A stretch of 62,946 bases of DNA, counting the filler, from Reticulomyxa filosa (taxonomy: Eukaryota; Protista; Foraminifera), in assembly GCA_000512085.1 (NCBI GenBank). It is 22 parts of 22 records of this genome, joined end to end, with 100 filler letters (N's around TTAATTAATTAA, not from the genome) between each part and the next. Parts side by side here need not be neighbours in the genome. Positions count along the whole stretch, not along the records: positions 49,067 to 54,900 come from ASPP01026054.1; positions 55,001 to 56,655 come from ASPP01000946.1; positions 56,756 to 62,946 come from ASPP01006709.1; 19 more parts are not named here. One strand, written 5' to 3'. How positions within the stretch are numbered: the first letter of the stretch is position 1; the number at the start of each line of letters is the position of its first letter. The position numbers and the translations under genes were made by a program. The notes beneath the pieces were generated by a model. It was not told the DNA's origin, made no database searches, and saw nothing but the letters and a program-made list of their open reading frames with translations. Below are positions 51,269 to 62,946 of the stretch, piece after piece.

Positions 51269-51629
51269 TAATTTTTAGTTTATGACTCATATTAAATGAT
51301 AGTTTTAAAATAATAATAAAGGTAACGCGAAAAAGGGACCAAGTTCGTTTGAGTCTACGTCAGTTCAACTTCAATTGTGAGAACTTCTATCATTTTATTT
51401 GTAAAAAACTAAATGACACTTTTAAAAAAAACCGAACAAAAACAAAGGAACTCACAAACTCCCCTTCTTTTAAAAAACTAAAGGGAATTCTTCCAGCTGA
51501 GACTGAATAGCACTGTTGTTTGTTTCATACAACTTACAAAAAAACAAATACTCTTTGACGAAATAATTAACTACGAAAAAGAAAAAAATTTTTATATTGC
51601 ACTTTAACTTGGCATATGGAGTTGTAAAG

Positions 51630-52010
51630 GACTTTTGTGCACCACTCCGATAGGTTGAGACAATTTGAGTGGTAGCTACAAGGGGTTGTGTAAGTGGATT
51701 AGAGCCATGTTTGTTTTGATTCGTGAAAGGCAAGTGAAATTTTTTTGGATCAATGGTAATTGATTTGCTGCAATCATGGGTTTTGTAAATATCAACCAAT
51801 TGATTTGCCAATTCAAACATATTGTTACGCAAAGATATTACTACAAATTGTGCATCTTTAGTTCGTGACTTGACATAATTGGCAACAATACTGACATTTT
51901 TGAATTCCAAAGCAGTGTCAATTTCATCCATAAAATACAACGGAGTTGATTTGTATTGATGCAAAGCCATAGATGAAAGGGTTTTTTCTCCGCCTGACAA
52001 ATTGCACAGC
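51630..52010 (-). pseudogene. SMC4: SMC4 (condensin) C-terminal ATPase fragment
   Basis: LSGGEKTLSS..ALHQYKSTPLYFMDEIDTALEFKNVSIVANYVK...FVVISLRNNMFELA. About 4 aa deleted, D-loop mutated, no upstream exons. Confidence 0.88.
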
Positions 52011-52231
52011 CTTCGGTAAAAAAAAGATTTGTAATTTGCGATTCTAATCAACATATTTCATTAAAACAAATTGCTTTTAATCAAGTATTTTATCAAGACA
52101 ACTTGTCACTCCTTTTTATTAAAACAGGAAAAAAAAGTTCAAGAAGTTTTGAGTTTAACTTTGCCATAATCAATATTTCTTATTGTTCTAATCCACAAGA
52201 CTACCATTATGGTATCATCAACATGTAGTCT

Positions 52232-53405
52232 ATGTCTTCATTTTCTTTGGCAAGGAGTAAAGAATAAAAGAGGGAGCAATTTTGGTGTCGGAAAGACTCT
52301 AGGAAAGAGAGTAGGGGGGGGGGGGAGAAAATAAAAACAATTGGGTATAGAGTCGCGACGACAAAGGTACAGTAGCTAAAATCTTGGTGATTGGCGACGT
52401 GTGCACGGGTAAAACGTCAATCATTCAACGGTATGTTTACAAAACCTTTCCAGAAAACCACCACGCGACCCAAGGAGTGGAGTTTGCATTGAAGCGCGTG
52501 CGAGTCGAAGAGACATTGTTGCACGTGCAGCTATGGGATATTGCTGGTACCAAGAGGAAAAAAAAAAAGGAGAGGAGAGGGGGGGATAGGAGCAGAGAAG
52601 GGAAAAAAAAGAGGGGGGGGGGAGGGGAGATGAGAATAGAACCCAAAAAAAAAAAAAAAATGACCCCTTGGGAAAATTGATTGTAAGATTAAATCAAATA
52701 TGTGAACAACAATCACAAAAGGGCAAGAACGGTTTATTGGATTGGCGCCCACGTATTATAAACATGCGGTAGCAGCGGTGGTCGTGTTCGATATCACACA
52801 GAAGGACACGCTGAACGGGGCGAAGAAATGGAAAGTGGATGTCGACGACAAGGTATTTCTACGGAATGGAGACAATATCCCCGTCGTGCTATTCGCAAAC
52901 AAATGGGATTTGATCGAAGAAAACCTAAACCTTCGTTGTATCAGCGACGAAGAATTGGACACTTTTTGCGAAGAAAATGGTTTTGTTGGATGGTTAACTT
53001 CATTAAAAAAACCCATATATGTACATACATATATATATATTTATATATATATATGTATGTACATATATGGCTTTTAAGTTCAAACCCAATCATGTGGTCT
53101 CATTTTCTTTGGTTTTGAGTACTCTTCGTGCTATACATTAGTGCATATGTAAGATATGCGTATGTGCATATGCATGTGTGTATATGGGGGGGGACTAGGT
53201 TCACAACAAGTGCGAAATCGGGTTTGAATGTCAAAAAAGGGATGAACTTTCTTATCACAAGGATAATGAAAAACAAAAAAAGTTGGATCAAATTTTGCCA
53301 GTTGAAAACGCTGATCCCAATCGGATCACTGGTGACATGCTGGCCAAGAAAACTTCTTCGCTTCAACCCAAACCGACCAGCAGAGCTTGCTGCAATATGG
53401 TTTAA
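52232..53405 (+). CDS. RAB32: Rab32/Rab38-like small GTPase, multi-exon (start approximate)
   Basis: GDVCTGKTS, WDIAGQERF (the WDIAG variant typical of Rab32/38/29), NKWD, FTTSAK. C-terminal CCNMV appears after a poly-A slip near 53278. Confidence 0.88.
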
Positions 53406-54354
53406 TTTTAAATACCAATTCGACATTTCTTGAGTTTTTTGCTGTTGTCCTGTTTGTTCATTTTATTTGCTTGATTGTTTGTTGAAATTTATAACTATTA
53501 ATTATTCTTTTATGTGTATGTGTTTTTTTTTAAAAACAAACCGATAATACGGCCTTTTGTTTGAAATTTCAAATGTGCTATCCATTTTTTGTTACAACTT
53601 GCAATCATGAGAAGTAATTACATAAATAAAATATCGAATTGATGCACATTGTCACCGGCTTGTTTAATGACACTATTCGCATTTGATTTTTCTAATGCAG
53701 CAACTCAAACTAGACAACTACAACTTTCTTTGCAGACAATGAGTTGAATTAATTATTTCTAAAAGATACGGAGTGAATTGATTACTGGCTCTGTTTGTTT
53801 CATCATAATTTATTTGATATATTTTTATAGCAAAATCATAGGGATCGATAAGAGATTTGTATGTTTTTCTCGTTGGTCAATTTACAGATAAGATGCAATG
53901 TATATAAGTAAAGTTTAAATTACAAACATAAACTTCCAAATATGTCCCTAGGCCTAAAATTTTATCGAAAATGGATGGATCAGTTCTAATGTGAACATTT
54001 GATCAACAAATACCAAGAATAATTTCTAGTTCTACACAAATTATTTTTTGTTAGCAGTTTCATTCTCCAAGTTTTTATATCTTTTAAGTTAAGTTTATTA
54101 TGTTTAAAAAGTAGAATGATTGGATAATGTAAATTTTGATATGTTTGAGTAAAGAAATTAAGTGAAAAGGGGGAGGTTTTGCTTTGAACTATTTATTCCT
54201 GTATCAATCTCTTTGTCTCCTCGCTCCATAATTTTACAATGGATTGGGATAATCAGAAGTCCAATATCAATTCTACTTGTGTGATATGAATTCAATATGA
54301 GACGTATATATTTATCCTGTTTTTTTTTTGTGTTGGTCTCTCAATGAAGTGCAA

Positions 54355-54862
54355 CAGCTGGAGTGTCAGACGTATTGCGGCGAATGTTTGTGGATGCAAA
54401 GCAAGAATTTGCAATGGACAGCGAAGAAAGAAATGGGAATAAGGAGAGCAAGTTAAAAAGTGGGATTGCAGCAAAGAGCCCATTGGAGACAGATATGAAA
54501 TATCGAAAAGAGATTGAGTACATTCAGTCTCTAGCAGAAGGGCAAGCAAAATCAGTTTTCAAAAAAAAAAAAAAAGGGGGAGTCCAAAGTGGTGTTATTT
54601 GCGTGTTATGAGAAAGTAGGAAGCAATAACAGAAAAACAAAACAGGACATAATTTTGCAAAAGGCATTGGTATATGGGCATTACGAAAAAGAGTTGCTGT
54701 TTATGGATCTATTGGAAAGGTTTGAAGGACATTATTCTTTGGAGGAAAGATTTGAATATCGCAACAACATGGTATAAAAACAAATGTTTGTATTCATTTT
54801 AAAAAAGGTTGAATTGACCAATGAGTGTGTATGGGCATATGTGGAATATGCATATGCATATA

Positions 54863-54900
<38 letters not shown>
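54355..54900 (+). CDS. Hypothetical protein fragment, multi-exon
   Basis: Two coding-like exons bounded by AG/GT and homopolymer-rich introns. Confidence 0.4.
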
Positions 54901-55969
54901 NNNNNNNNNNNNNNNNNNNNNNNNNNNNNNNNNNNNNNNNNNNNTTAATTAATTAANNNNNNNNNNNNNNNNNNNNNNNNNNNNNNNNNNNNNNNNNNNN
55001 CATAATTATTTTAATATTTTTTTTAGCTCGATATTTTAATTTTTAATCATTTTTTTTTTTGAAAATTGATAAAGAAGTTGACAATTTTAGCAAATGACAT
55101 ACTGTTGAACTTTTTAGTCAATGCTGGAGTTTGTGCAAAGTTGTAAAAAAATTTCGTGTAGGTCATGAATGTGTGCATAAATGGAAGCTGACGTTCAAAA
55201 CTGAAAAACTTTTCAAGAAGAAACCAATAAAATGTCATTCATTAAAAGTACTAGAACGAATTTAACGTCTTATTACTGGAGTATTAGTGTCTGATTATGC
55301 ATGTAAAATTGATTGAGTTGTAAATGCAGATATTTACAAAGAAATTCTAGGTAATGAAATGATCATAATCATGATAATTGATATTTTATCAAGATAATGC
55401 AACAAGCCACAAAGTAATTACAGTAAAAGAATAATTTAAATAAAATGATGTCAAATTATTAAATTACCATATAAATTTTACAAACCTAAACACAATCGAA
55501 AATACGTGATTGAAAGTGAACACAAAATATACAAAAATAGACTATTTAGATAAAAAGAATAACATTGGAAACAATTTGAATTAGAATTGTAAAAAATTGA
55601 CAAATGAACACGCAAAAACTTAATAAAATCAATTCTATAGCGAATACAAGCAGTATAAAATGTAAAAGGTGATTTAACTAAATGGATTGAGAAAATTTAT
55701 TGAAAATTTGATTATTAATCATTAATACGTTCAAAATTATCATAATAATTTGTTGAAATTTAACATTTGTCTTCTTTTCAAAAGCTACAACACATGGAAT
55801 CGATTTCTAAATTTAATCTTCCATTTTCCAAAAATTTGAGTTAGCATTTTTTTCCTTTAACCATCTCAACTAAAAGAAGCAACGACCCAAACTGCAAAAG
55901 GGAAAAATCATTTCCTCATTGTAGTTTGATTTAGTTCCCCCTTGCTAATTGCAATCATCCTGTGGTAAG

Positions 55970-56655
55970 ATGAAATTTGGACTTCTTCTGACCAGCCACA
56001 TGATTGCTGAGTGGCGGGAATATTATGGTGTTTCTCTCGTCCTTGCCTTTCTCTCCCTTCTCGACCTTCTCTGCTTGACTGAAAAATCTAGAACTGAAAG
56101 AACATACAAAAATTTGTGGCATAGTTTCTTATGACGACTTGAAGGATTTTATCACACAAGCAGTAATAGTATTGAACCGTTATCTGGAGAGTCGTAAGCT
56201 GCCAGAGCTCCCCGATGACGAGGACGACGAAAGCGAAGAGCAAAATCGTTGTTGTGGGAAGCGTTGTGGTTTTTTAATCAGATCGTATTGTACTGCAGGA
56301 ACTGCCACGTGAACAAAGGTGACGAAGATGTGATCAGTGAGTATGAAGGCAACGTGAATGAAGCAAAAGGGCAAAAGCAGAGTAAAAAGCTAAAAAAACT
56401 AATGTATGTGACATTACAGTTTGTTGACAAGAGCATTATATTTGCAAGTTTCGATCAACAACAAAAATCAAAAAAAAAAAAAAAGGGGGGCATCGATTAA
56501 AATTAAAAATTAATTTTTAAAAAAAAAATGTTCGCAAATGTCCTAATGAACTATGTAAAAAAAAAAAAAAAAAAAAAAAAAAAGGTTGCAAGACGAGTCG
56601 CTAAGAACACTGAAGCTACACACCGTGAATAAAGCACAACTGAAACGTCACAAAT
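55970..56655 (+). CDS. SPX-domain protein N-terminus (intron 56028-56124), truncated
   Basis: Spliced MKFGLLLTSHMIAEWREYYVSYDDLKDFI matches the SPX start MKF...L.....PEW...Y+.Y..LK. Confidence 0.8.
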
Positions 56656-56755
56656 NNNNNNNNNNNNNNNNNNNNNNNNNNNNNNNNNNNNNNNNNNNNT
56701 TAATTAATTAANNNNNNNNNNNNNNNNNNNNNNNNNNNNNNNNNNNNNNNNNNNN

Positions 56756-57349
56756 TCCTCCTCCTCCTCCACAATAGACAATGTTGATTGAAAAAAAAAA
56801 GAAAGCAATGAAAGTGCAGCGCAATGCGAAAGAAGACAAGGTGAACAGAGCCAGTCCAAAGCCAAGTGAAACTGTGACGATGACGTGTGGCAAGGACGAG
56901 GACAGGAGCAAGGGTGAGGGTGACTCTTCAAGTGGCGATATGTCAAATGAAAAAACGGAGGAAGAACAGTCGCTGTTGGAAAAGCAACGCGACAGTGACT
57001 CGACTTGTTGGAAGGATAGAGTGCTTGAATTGGCAGTGGAGATGATGTTGGAAGTGTGTGAGAAAAGACAGGAAAAAAACAATCAAAAAGAAGAAGATGA
57101 TAATGATGATGATGATGATGATGAAGAAACAAGAGTCGATCATTACAGCTGTTATTGTTTGGCAGTACTGCAGGATCTTGAGCCCAGGGCTCTTTCAATC
57201 GCGTGGCACAAGTACAATCTCTTTCAAAGGATGGTACAACGCATTACAATGGCATGCAAACAAATGGAAAGCGACAATACATTTCTTTGCAAAAGTGAGG
57301 CCAATACGACAGCAATGACGAAGATGAAGACAAAAACGAAAACGAAAAT

Positions 57350-57382
<33 letters not shown>

Positions 57383-60300
57383 GATGACGAAACTGTTACA
57401 ATCGAAAGTGGCCTGCTATTTTTGTTACTCGCACCTTTTGTGGACACGAAAATGTATCAACGGTTGGAATTGCAAATGTACACCGACTTGATCGGTCAAA
57501 ACCAAAATTGGCAACAATTTGTGCCTTTGCATTTCCGACGCCAGATTTCGTGTCCGTCGACGTTGTTTTCGTTATCGTCTATCATCACGACCACGACGAC
57601 TACGACCAGTATGACCTCTTCTTTGTTGTGTGATCAAACGGAAAAAAAATGGCCGAAGACAAGGACAGTCCAAATGAGTCCATCGCTTTGGTTGGCACGA
57701 ATCGGATCTCCCATTTCGACGCCGCCACCACCGCCGATTGGTCTGTCGATTCATTTGTCCCCGACGCGGTAAAGCTTGTATCGATTTCATTATCAACCGA
57801 TGACAACGGTAATGACTATGTGAGAGAGAAAAAAGAGAACAGCGAATTGGAAAGACAAAACACGAGTTTGGCCGAATTCGCAAAGCGAGAAAAGCAGCTG
57901 CGCGAAAAAATGATCCCTGTTCTGACCGAAGAGATGAAACAACAATTGCTTCATACGTGTTTGGATACGCTGAGCAAGTTCGAATGGGACCCATCGTATG
58001 AAATCTATTTCCATTTGGAAAAAGGCTTTGACAACGAGTTTGAACACGCGAAGGTATACAACGACGCTGATCCCGACTTGCTCCGCTCTATCCTGATTAT
58101 CCTCAATCGTCTAACCATGGAGTACAGGTATGCACAATGGTTGGTGAGGAATGGAGGCTTTGAAATCCTGCTCAAATGCTCTTGTGCGCAGCAAAGCAGC
58201 GTGCTAACCAACTTTGGAGTCCATGTCATTTGCAGCGTGTTCGACGAGCCGACCATGATGACGCAGGCCATGGAAAACCAAATCATCCATGGTTTTGATA
58301 GCTACTTTGAGGCCTTCTATCGTCGTCCCCCTGCCAATCCTTTGTCGTCTGTGGATGACAAGGAAGACCAATTGCCATTCGCTGCATTTCCTGTTCCTGA
58401 TCCATGGATACCATTGCATCGCTTTTTACAGTTGTACAAACCTTTGATTGCGCGAAATGGTTCCATCTCAAAAAAAAAATATTTTTCTTTTTTTTTTTTT
58501 GAATTGATTCAAATGTTCATATTTAAAAAGAGAGATAGAGAATGTATGCACTAATAATAATAATAATAATAATAATAGAATCATGCTTTGTGGAGGCAGT
58601 TCGACGGTGCTGCTTCACTCAAACGCACAACAACGTGGTGAAAGTGTGCTCCAGAATCATGTTGGACAAATGCAAGAAGCAGTTAAACTGGGAATTAAAA
58701 CAGTCTGGAAAATGGGAGTGGTATGATGGAACAACCGGCACGTGGATCGATTATGGCCATGCCAATAATGCGCGCTTGGAACAACTGTTTACTCAACTGC
58801 TGCGACAATGCATTGCGACTGACTTTGTCAACTTTGAAGAATTATCTCACTCCATTGATGTCGATATCGACTCCAAAAAATTCGTCGTTGACATACGTCG
58901 TGGCACACATACCAGATGCTTTGTCGTTCGGCCCATTCGAAGAACCAAAAGTTGAGTTGTCTCAACCAACACAACAACACGCTTGTTGTATGTGTTATAT
59001 ATACATTACATTACATTGCATACATGTATTTATTCATATGCTTTTTTTTTTTTTTTTTTGAGAAATAAATGAATGGATTGCAGACACGGACGTCGTGAAT
59101 GGTCCGAGAATGACCCTGTCCAGTTCTGCGATTCCAATTGTTACCAATTTGGTGGAGCTGATGTGTTTGGAGCCCTTGCAAAAAATAATGGATTCGATTG
59201 TGAACGTGGTGTTGGCAATGGACGAAGAGATTAAAGAGTATTGGCCAAAAGGTCAAACTGATGTGGACACGAGTGATATGGAAATGACTCCGTTCCACAA
59301 TGTTGCGCAAAATGCCGAGGAAAATGGCGAGTGGGGCTTACAGAAAGAGTCTTTGTCCACCCATACGTATCACTTCCTGACAGCGATGATGACCTCTCAT
59401 CGATTGCTTACCCCCAAAGACATGTTGGATGTTGTAAAGAACGTTGTATTGATGTATCCCTCCTTGACTCAAGTTTTAAAACCAAAAAATATGTATACAT
59501 ATATGTTTGTATATGTATGTACATACATATGAGAGGATATCGAACAAAAAAAAAAAATAAATTATGTTTTATTTATTATTTTTTTTTTTATTACAGAATT
59601 GTCTGGTTAATTGATTGGTTGGTCGGGTGGGGGGGGGGGTAAAAAAAAAGTCAGTGCTGGATTACACCACTCATGATGGAAAACAATTTGTGGAATTTGT
59701 GATTGAGCATTGCTTACCGTACGTGAACGGACAAGTATTGAATGAGCCGCCGTCGATGATCGAAAGTGCGACCAGCGAGGCCACAATGGAGCTGCTCTTT
59801 ACATTGGCGCACTGCGGTGGTGACGTGTCCAATGTATCAAAGGACGGAGAGGCCATTAAAAAAATTACAAACCTGTTGATCCATCATATCGATTCGCTGA
59901 GTCAGAAATTGCTTGCCAATCCGGGAAACGCCGACAAAAGACTTTCGATAATCTGTTGTGTGGCTGCAGATTTGAAGGTGCTGCGATCTTATTTGAACCA
60001 CTTGCATAATACATCCTCGCAATTGGTTGTGCAATTGATTCTTCAAAACTCGTTGCTCCAATCTTTATGTCTATTGGTAGACTCGACGTCCCTGGTTTGA
60101 TTTGATTTGTTTTTTTGTTTGTTTGTTTGTTTTTGAAATGATAGCATATAATTTTTGTTTGTTTGTTTGTTGACAGGGACAGCTAAAAAATGGAGAACAT
60201 TTGATTGTGGATCCATTCATCAAATTTGTGGAATCGATTTGTGACGTGGATACCAACTTTCCATTGCGCGACAGCAGCGCCACTCGAACTAGCGCGAAAG

Positions 60301-62946
60301 ACACAGACCCACCGGCCTCAATCGCGTTGAACAACATGGTATCATTTCCCAACGACATCCTCCAACACTTGCAGTTGCTGTCTCATCATATTCGTCGAGG
60401 CATGGATTCGATCGAAGATATGTCCGAAAACACCGCCGAAGACGAGCATATGGAAATGGCGATTGGCGTGGAGACCTTTCCTACCGTCCATCATCGCGGT
60501 ACGCAGCAGCACGCAGTTGCAAATGGCTCCGGATCCGGATTTGGAGTCGACGTGGACGTCGAGGCCGAAGCCGAAGCCGAGGCCGAACTCGAACTTGACT
60601 CGGACCTTGATCCCGATCAAAGCATCCATAGTGTTAGCAACAGTTCGATCCACTCCCCGCAGTCCCGTCCGCACTCGCGTTGCTTGTCCGAAGTGAGGAG
60701 CATTGGCGTCGAGCATCACGATCCATTGGCCAGGATTGAGGCCATTGACCCAAGTGAGGACACGTATCCAAATGAATATGAGTATGAGAGCCAGCATTCG
60801 GGTCATCGTGGAGATAGCGATGGGGTTGACGATGAAGACACGGAAGATGAAGATGATGAAGACGAAAACGAAGATGAAAATGGTTATGATGCAAATGGAA
60901 GCAATAATCAAAGTAACAATCAAAGTAACAATCAAAGTAACAATCAAAGTAACAGTCAAAATAACAATCGAAATAGCAATCGAAATAATAATGGCAACGA
61001 TGAAAAAATGGAAGAAAAACAAAATCGTGAGGAAAAAGAGCATGAACAAACAGAACAAATCCACACAGAAATGAAAAAAGAAGACACTCTTGTTTGTGAT
61101 GTGGCAGATATAGGGTCCCCGAATACTGCCTCGGTGGTGCTGAATTTGCATGGTGGTGATCCAATCCATCAAACGCGCAGCGCAGGTATGTATGGCCCTG
61201 TGGACTACTCGAAAGAGGCTGCACGTGACGCTTTGGAAAGTGCCAGCAAAAACCTTATTGGACTGTTGCATATATTGGCAAGGGTCGATGATGACAGCAA
61301 TGAGACTGAGATCCAGAGTCATCCGCGGAAAGATGACTATGATGATGATGATGACGATGAAGACGATGAAGACGAGGAAGAAGAAGAAGAAGAAGAAGAA
61401 GAAGAAGAACAGGAGGAGGAAGAAAAAGAAAAAGAAAAAGAGGGAGAAGATATCAAAGAGTCCACAACACAACGAACGTGTGACGAAGTGACAGTACAAA
61501 CCCCTGAAAATGAAATACGTGTGACCCGAGAAGCGGACATGGACAGTACAAGCACCACAAGTAACGTGTATTATTCAAATAGCGTGCATGTGCCACTCAA
61601 TCGACATACATATGCCATTCCAAGTTATTCGAGTCGATATGATCATGAGTATGAACAAGAACAGGAACGGAAAACCGAAACGGAGACTGACAATGACAAT
61701 GTCAATGTCAATGTCGATGTCGATGTTGATGTCGATGACGATGACAACGACAATGCAATCGACATATCATTGAGCTGGCAGAGGTGGACGCAAACTGAAA
61801 GTGAGCGTGTCGCCATGTATCCAAGTTCACAAGGAATGGAGTCACTCGGAGGGTGGGGTAGTGAATGGGAACATTCAAGTGCATTTGAAATGGACAACAA
61901 AGAGAACATCGACCCATTATTAAGAGATGGAGCACAACAACAACACCAGCAGCAAATACAACAACAACAACAACAATCACAACAACAATCACAACAACAA
62001 TCACAACAACAACAACAACAAGAACAACAATGGGCATCTCCAAATTGGCTCTTTGATGGCCGTGCAATCGACTACAATGCAAGGACTCCGATTATTCATA
62101 TTCCTGAAGTGATTCATGAGAATTGGGAGATTGCAATGGACCGTGAAAGTCGACCTAATGAACTCTTTTCTGAAAATATTGGCATTTATTGTTTAGACAC
62201 GGAAGAGTTGTCCATACCTCAATTTTCATTTGGTATGTCTCCCCTTTCTTTCTTTCTTTCTCATTTTATTAATAATTGCGCGTAGAGCAAATACATTTTA
62301 CGTATAACTTTTTTCCATTTGCTAATGTGACTCTCCCATTTGAACCATTATTATTGTTGTTGTTACTGTGCTGTTGTTTGTCGAAAAAACAAATGATCCA
62401 AATGCTGGACTTAGCACGACAGTTGAGTGAAAGCAGCCATTTGTCTTCGACGCTGTTTGAACGTGCCAACGATGATATGTCCGAAGCATGCCGTCCACAG
62501 TTCTCTCTGGCAGTGTATCGATTGCTGGAAATGCCGGCACAGCCTTATTTCATTGGAAGGGAGTGCCAGAATACGTTGTTCCAATCTCATTGCTCGCAAG
62601 AAGATAATGTCATTTCGTCGATTGAGCAAATCGAGCAATCGATTGGGGCCATTACAAACGTGGGATTGAGAGCCATGCAAAATCAAATCATCAATTGCTG
62701 GGGCACCTTTGGCAACACCAAGAAAATTGACTTGCACAGCATTGAGCAACGCATTTGCACTGTTTCCGCCGAAAACCAGCAGTTGCAATCCTTGTCCGTG
62801 TCCACGAGTTCCATGTCCACTTCCTCGCTATTGACGACGACAAACAGTGGGTTCAATAATGCTGTGTGTGGAAATAGTATGTTGTTTTTTTTTTTTTTTT
62901 TTTTCGTTTTGTTTCGTTTGAAAAAAAAAAAAAAAAAAAAGAAGGA
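56756..62946 (+). CDS. Internal part of a giant HUWE1/Tom1/UPL1-like E3 ubiquitin ligase with a WWE domain; multi-exon
   Basis: ILIILNRLT...AQWLVRNGGFEILL...VFDEPTMMTQAMENQI resembles the HUWE1/UPL1 helical region. WWE domain WEWYD..GTWIDY....NARLE...FVVD...RPIRR and long acidic tracts. HECT domain not within the window. Confidence 0.65.

Noticed and set aside
60342-61499. Long antisense ORFs (also 6336-6884, 18551-19195, 22052-22531, 35054-35518)
   Set aside because: Shadows of low-complexity or repeat coding sequence, or of T-rich tracts.

Overview
This is not contiguous DNA. It is a pseudo-scaffold of 22 short eukaryotic contigs joined by 21 artificial 100-nt linkers (44 N + TTAATTAATTAA + 44 N), so adjacency across a linker means nothing. 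The AT-rich intergenic DNA, homopolymer/(TA)n-rich spliceosomal introns, divergent alpha-tubulin, a very characteristic expanded WD40 family and an ADP-ribosyltransferase-like gene family suggest a foraminiferan such as Reticulomyxa filosa. That assignment is recognition of family style, not a search result. Many single-base frameshifts fall in homopolymer runs and are probably sequencing errors. Recognisable genes: a vWA protein with an RGG/RD/RS tail, a DNAJC8-like C-terminus, PDH E2 (DLAT), a Ser/Thr kinase, an F-box/LRR protein, an MFS transporter, an ART-fold protein, a 15-aa tandem-repeat protein, a fascin-like beta-trefoil, PGM3, three WD40 paralogues, Rab32/38, an SPX-domain N-terminus and a HUWE1/UPL1-like E3 fragment. 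There are also decayed fragments of actin, PP1, alpha-tubulin, HSP70 and SMC4, and of Tc1-like, Ty3/gypsy and LINE elements. The most interesting signals are: (i) a (CTTAGGG)5 telomere-like end about 140 nt after the ART gene; (ii) two copies of a long fold-back palindrome with a shared TCAGGCGGC core; (iii) a repeat protein with a Trp/His/KxxK/poly-Ser tail resembling biomineral or adhesive matrix proteins; (iv) a contig that is a mosaic of captured gene fragments; (v) small structured ncRNA-like elements; and (vi) introns with poly-A instead of polypyrimidine acceptors.
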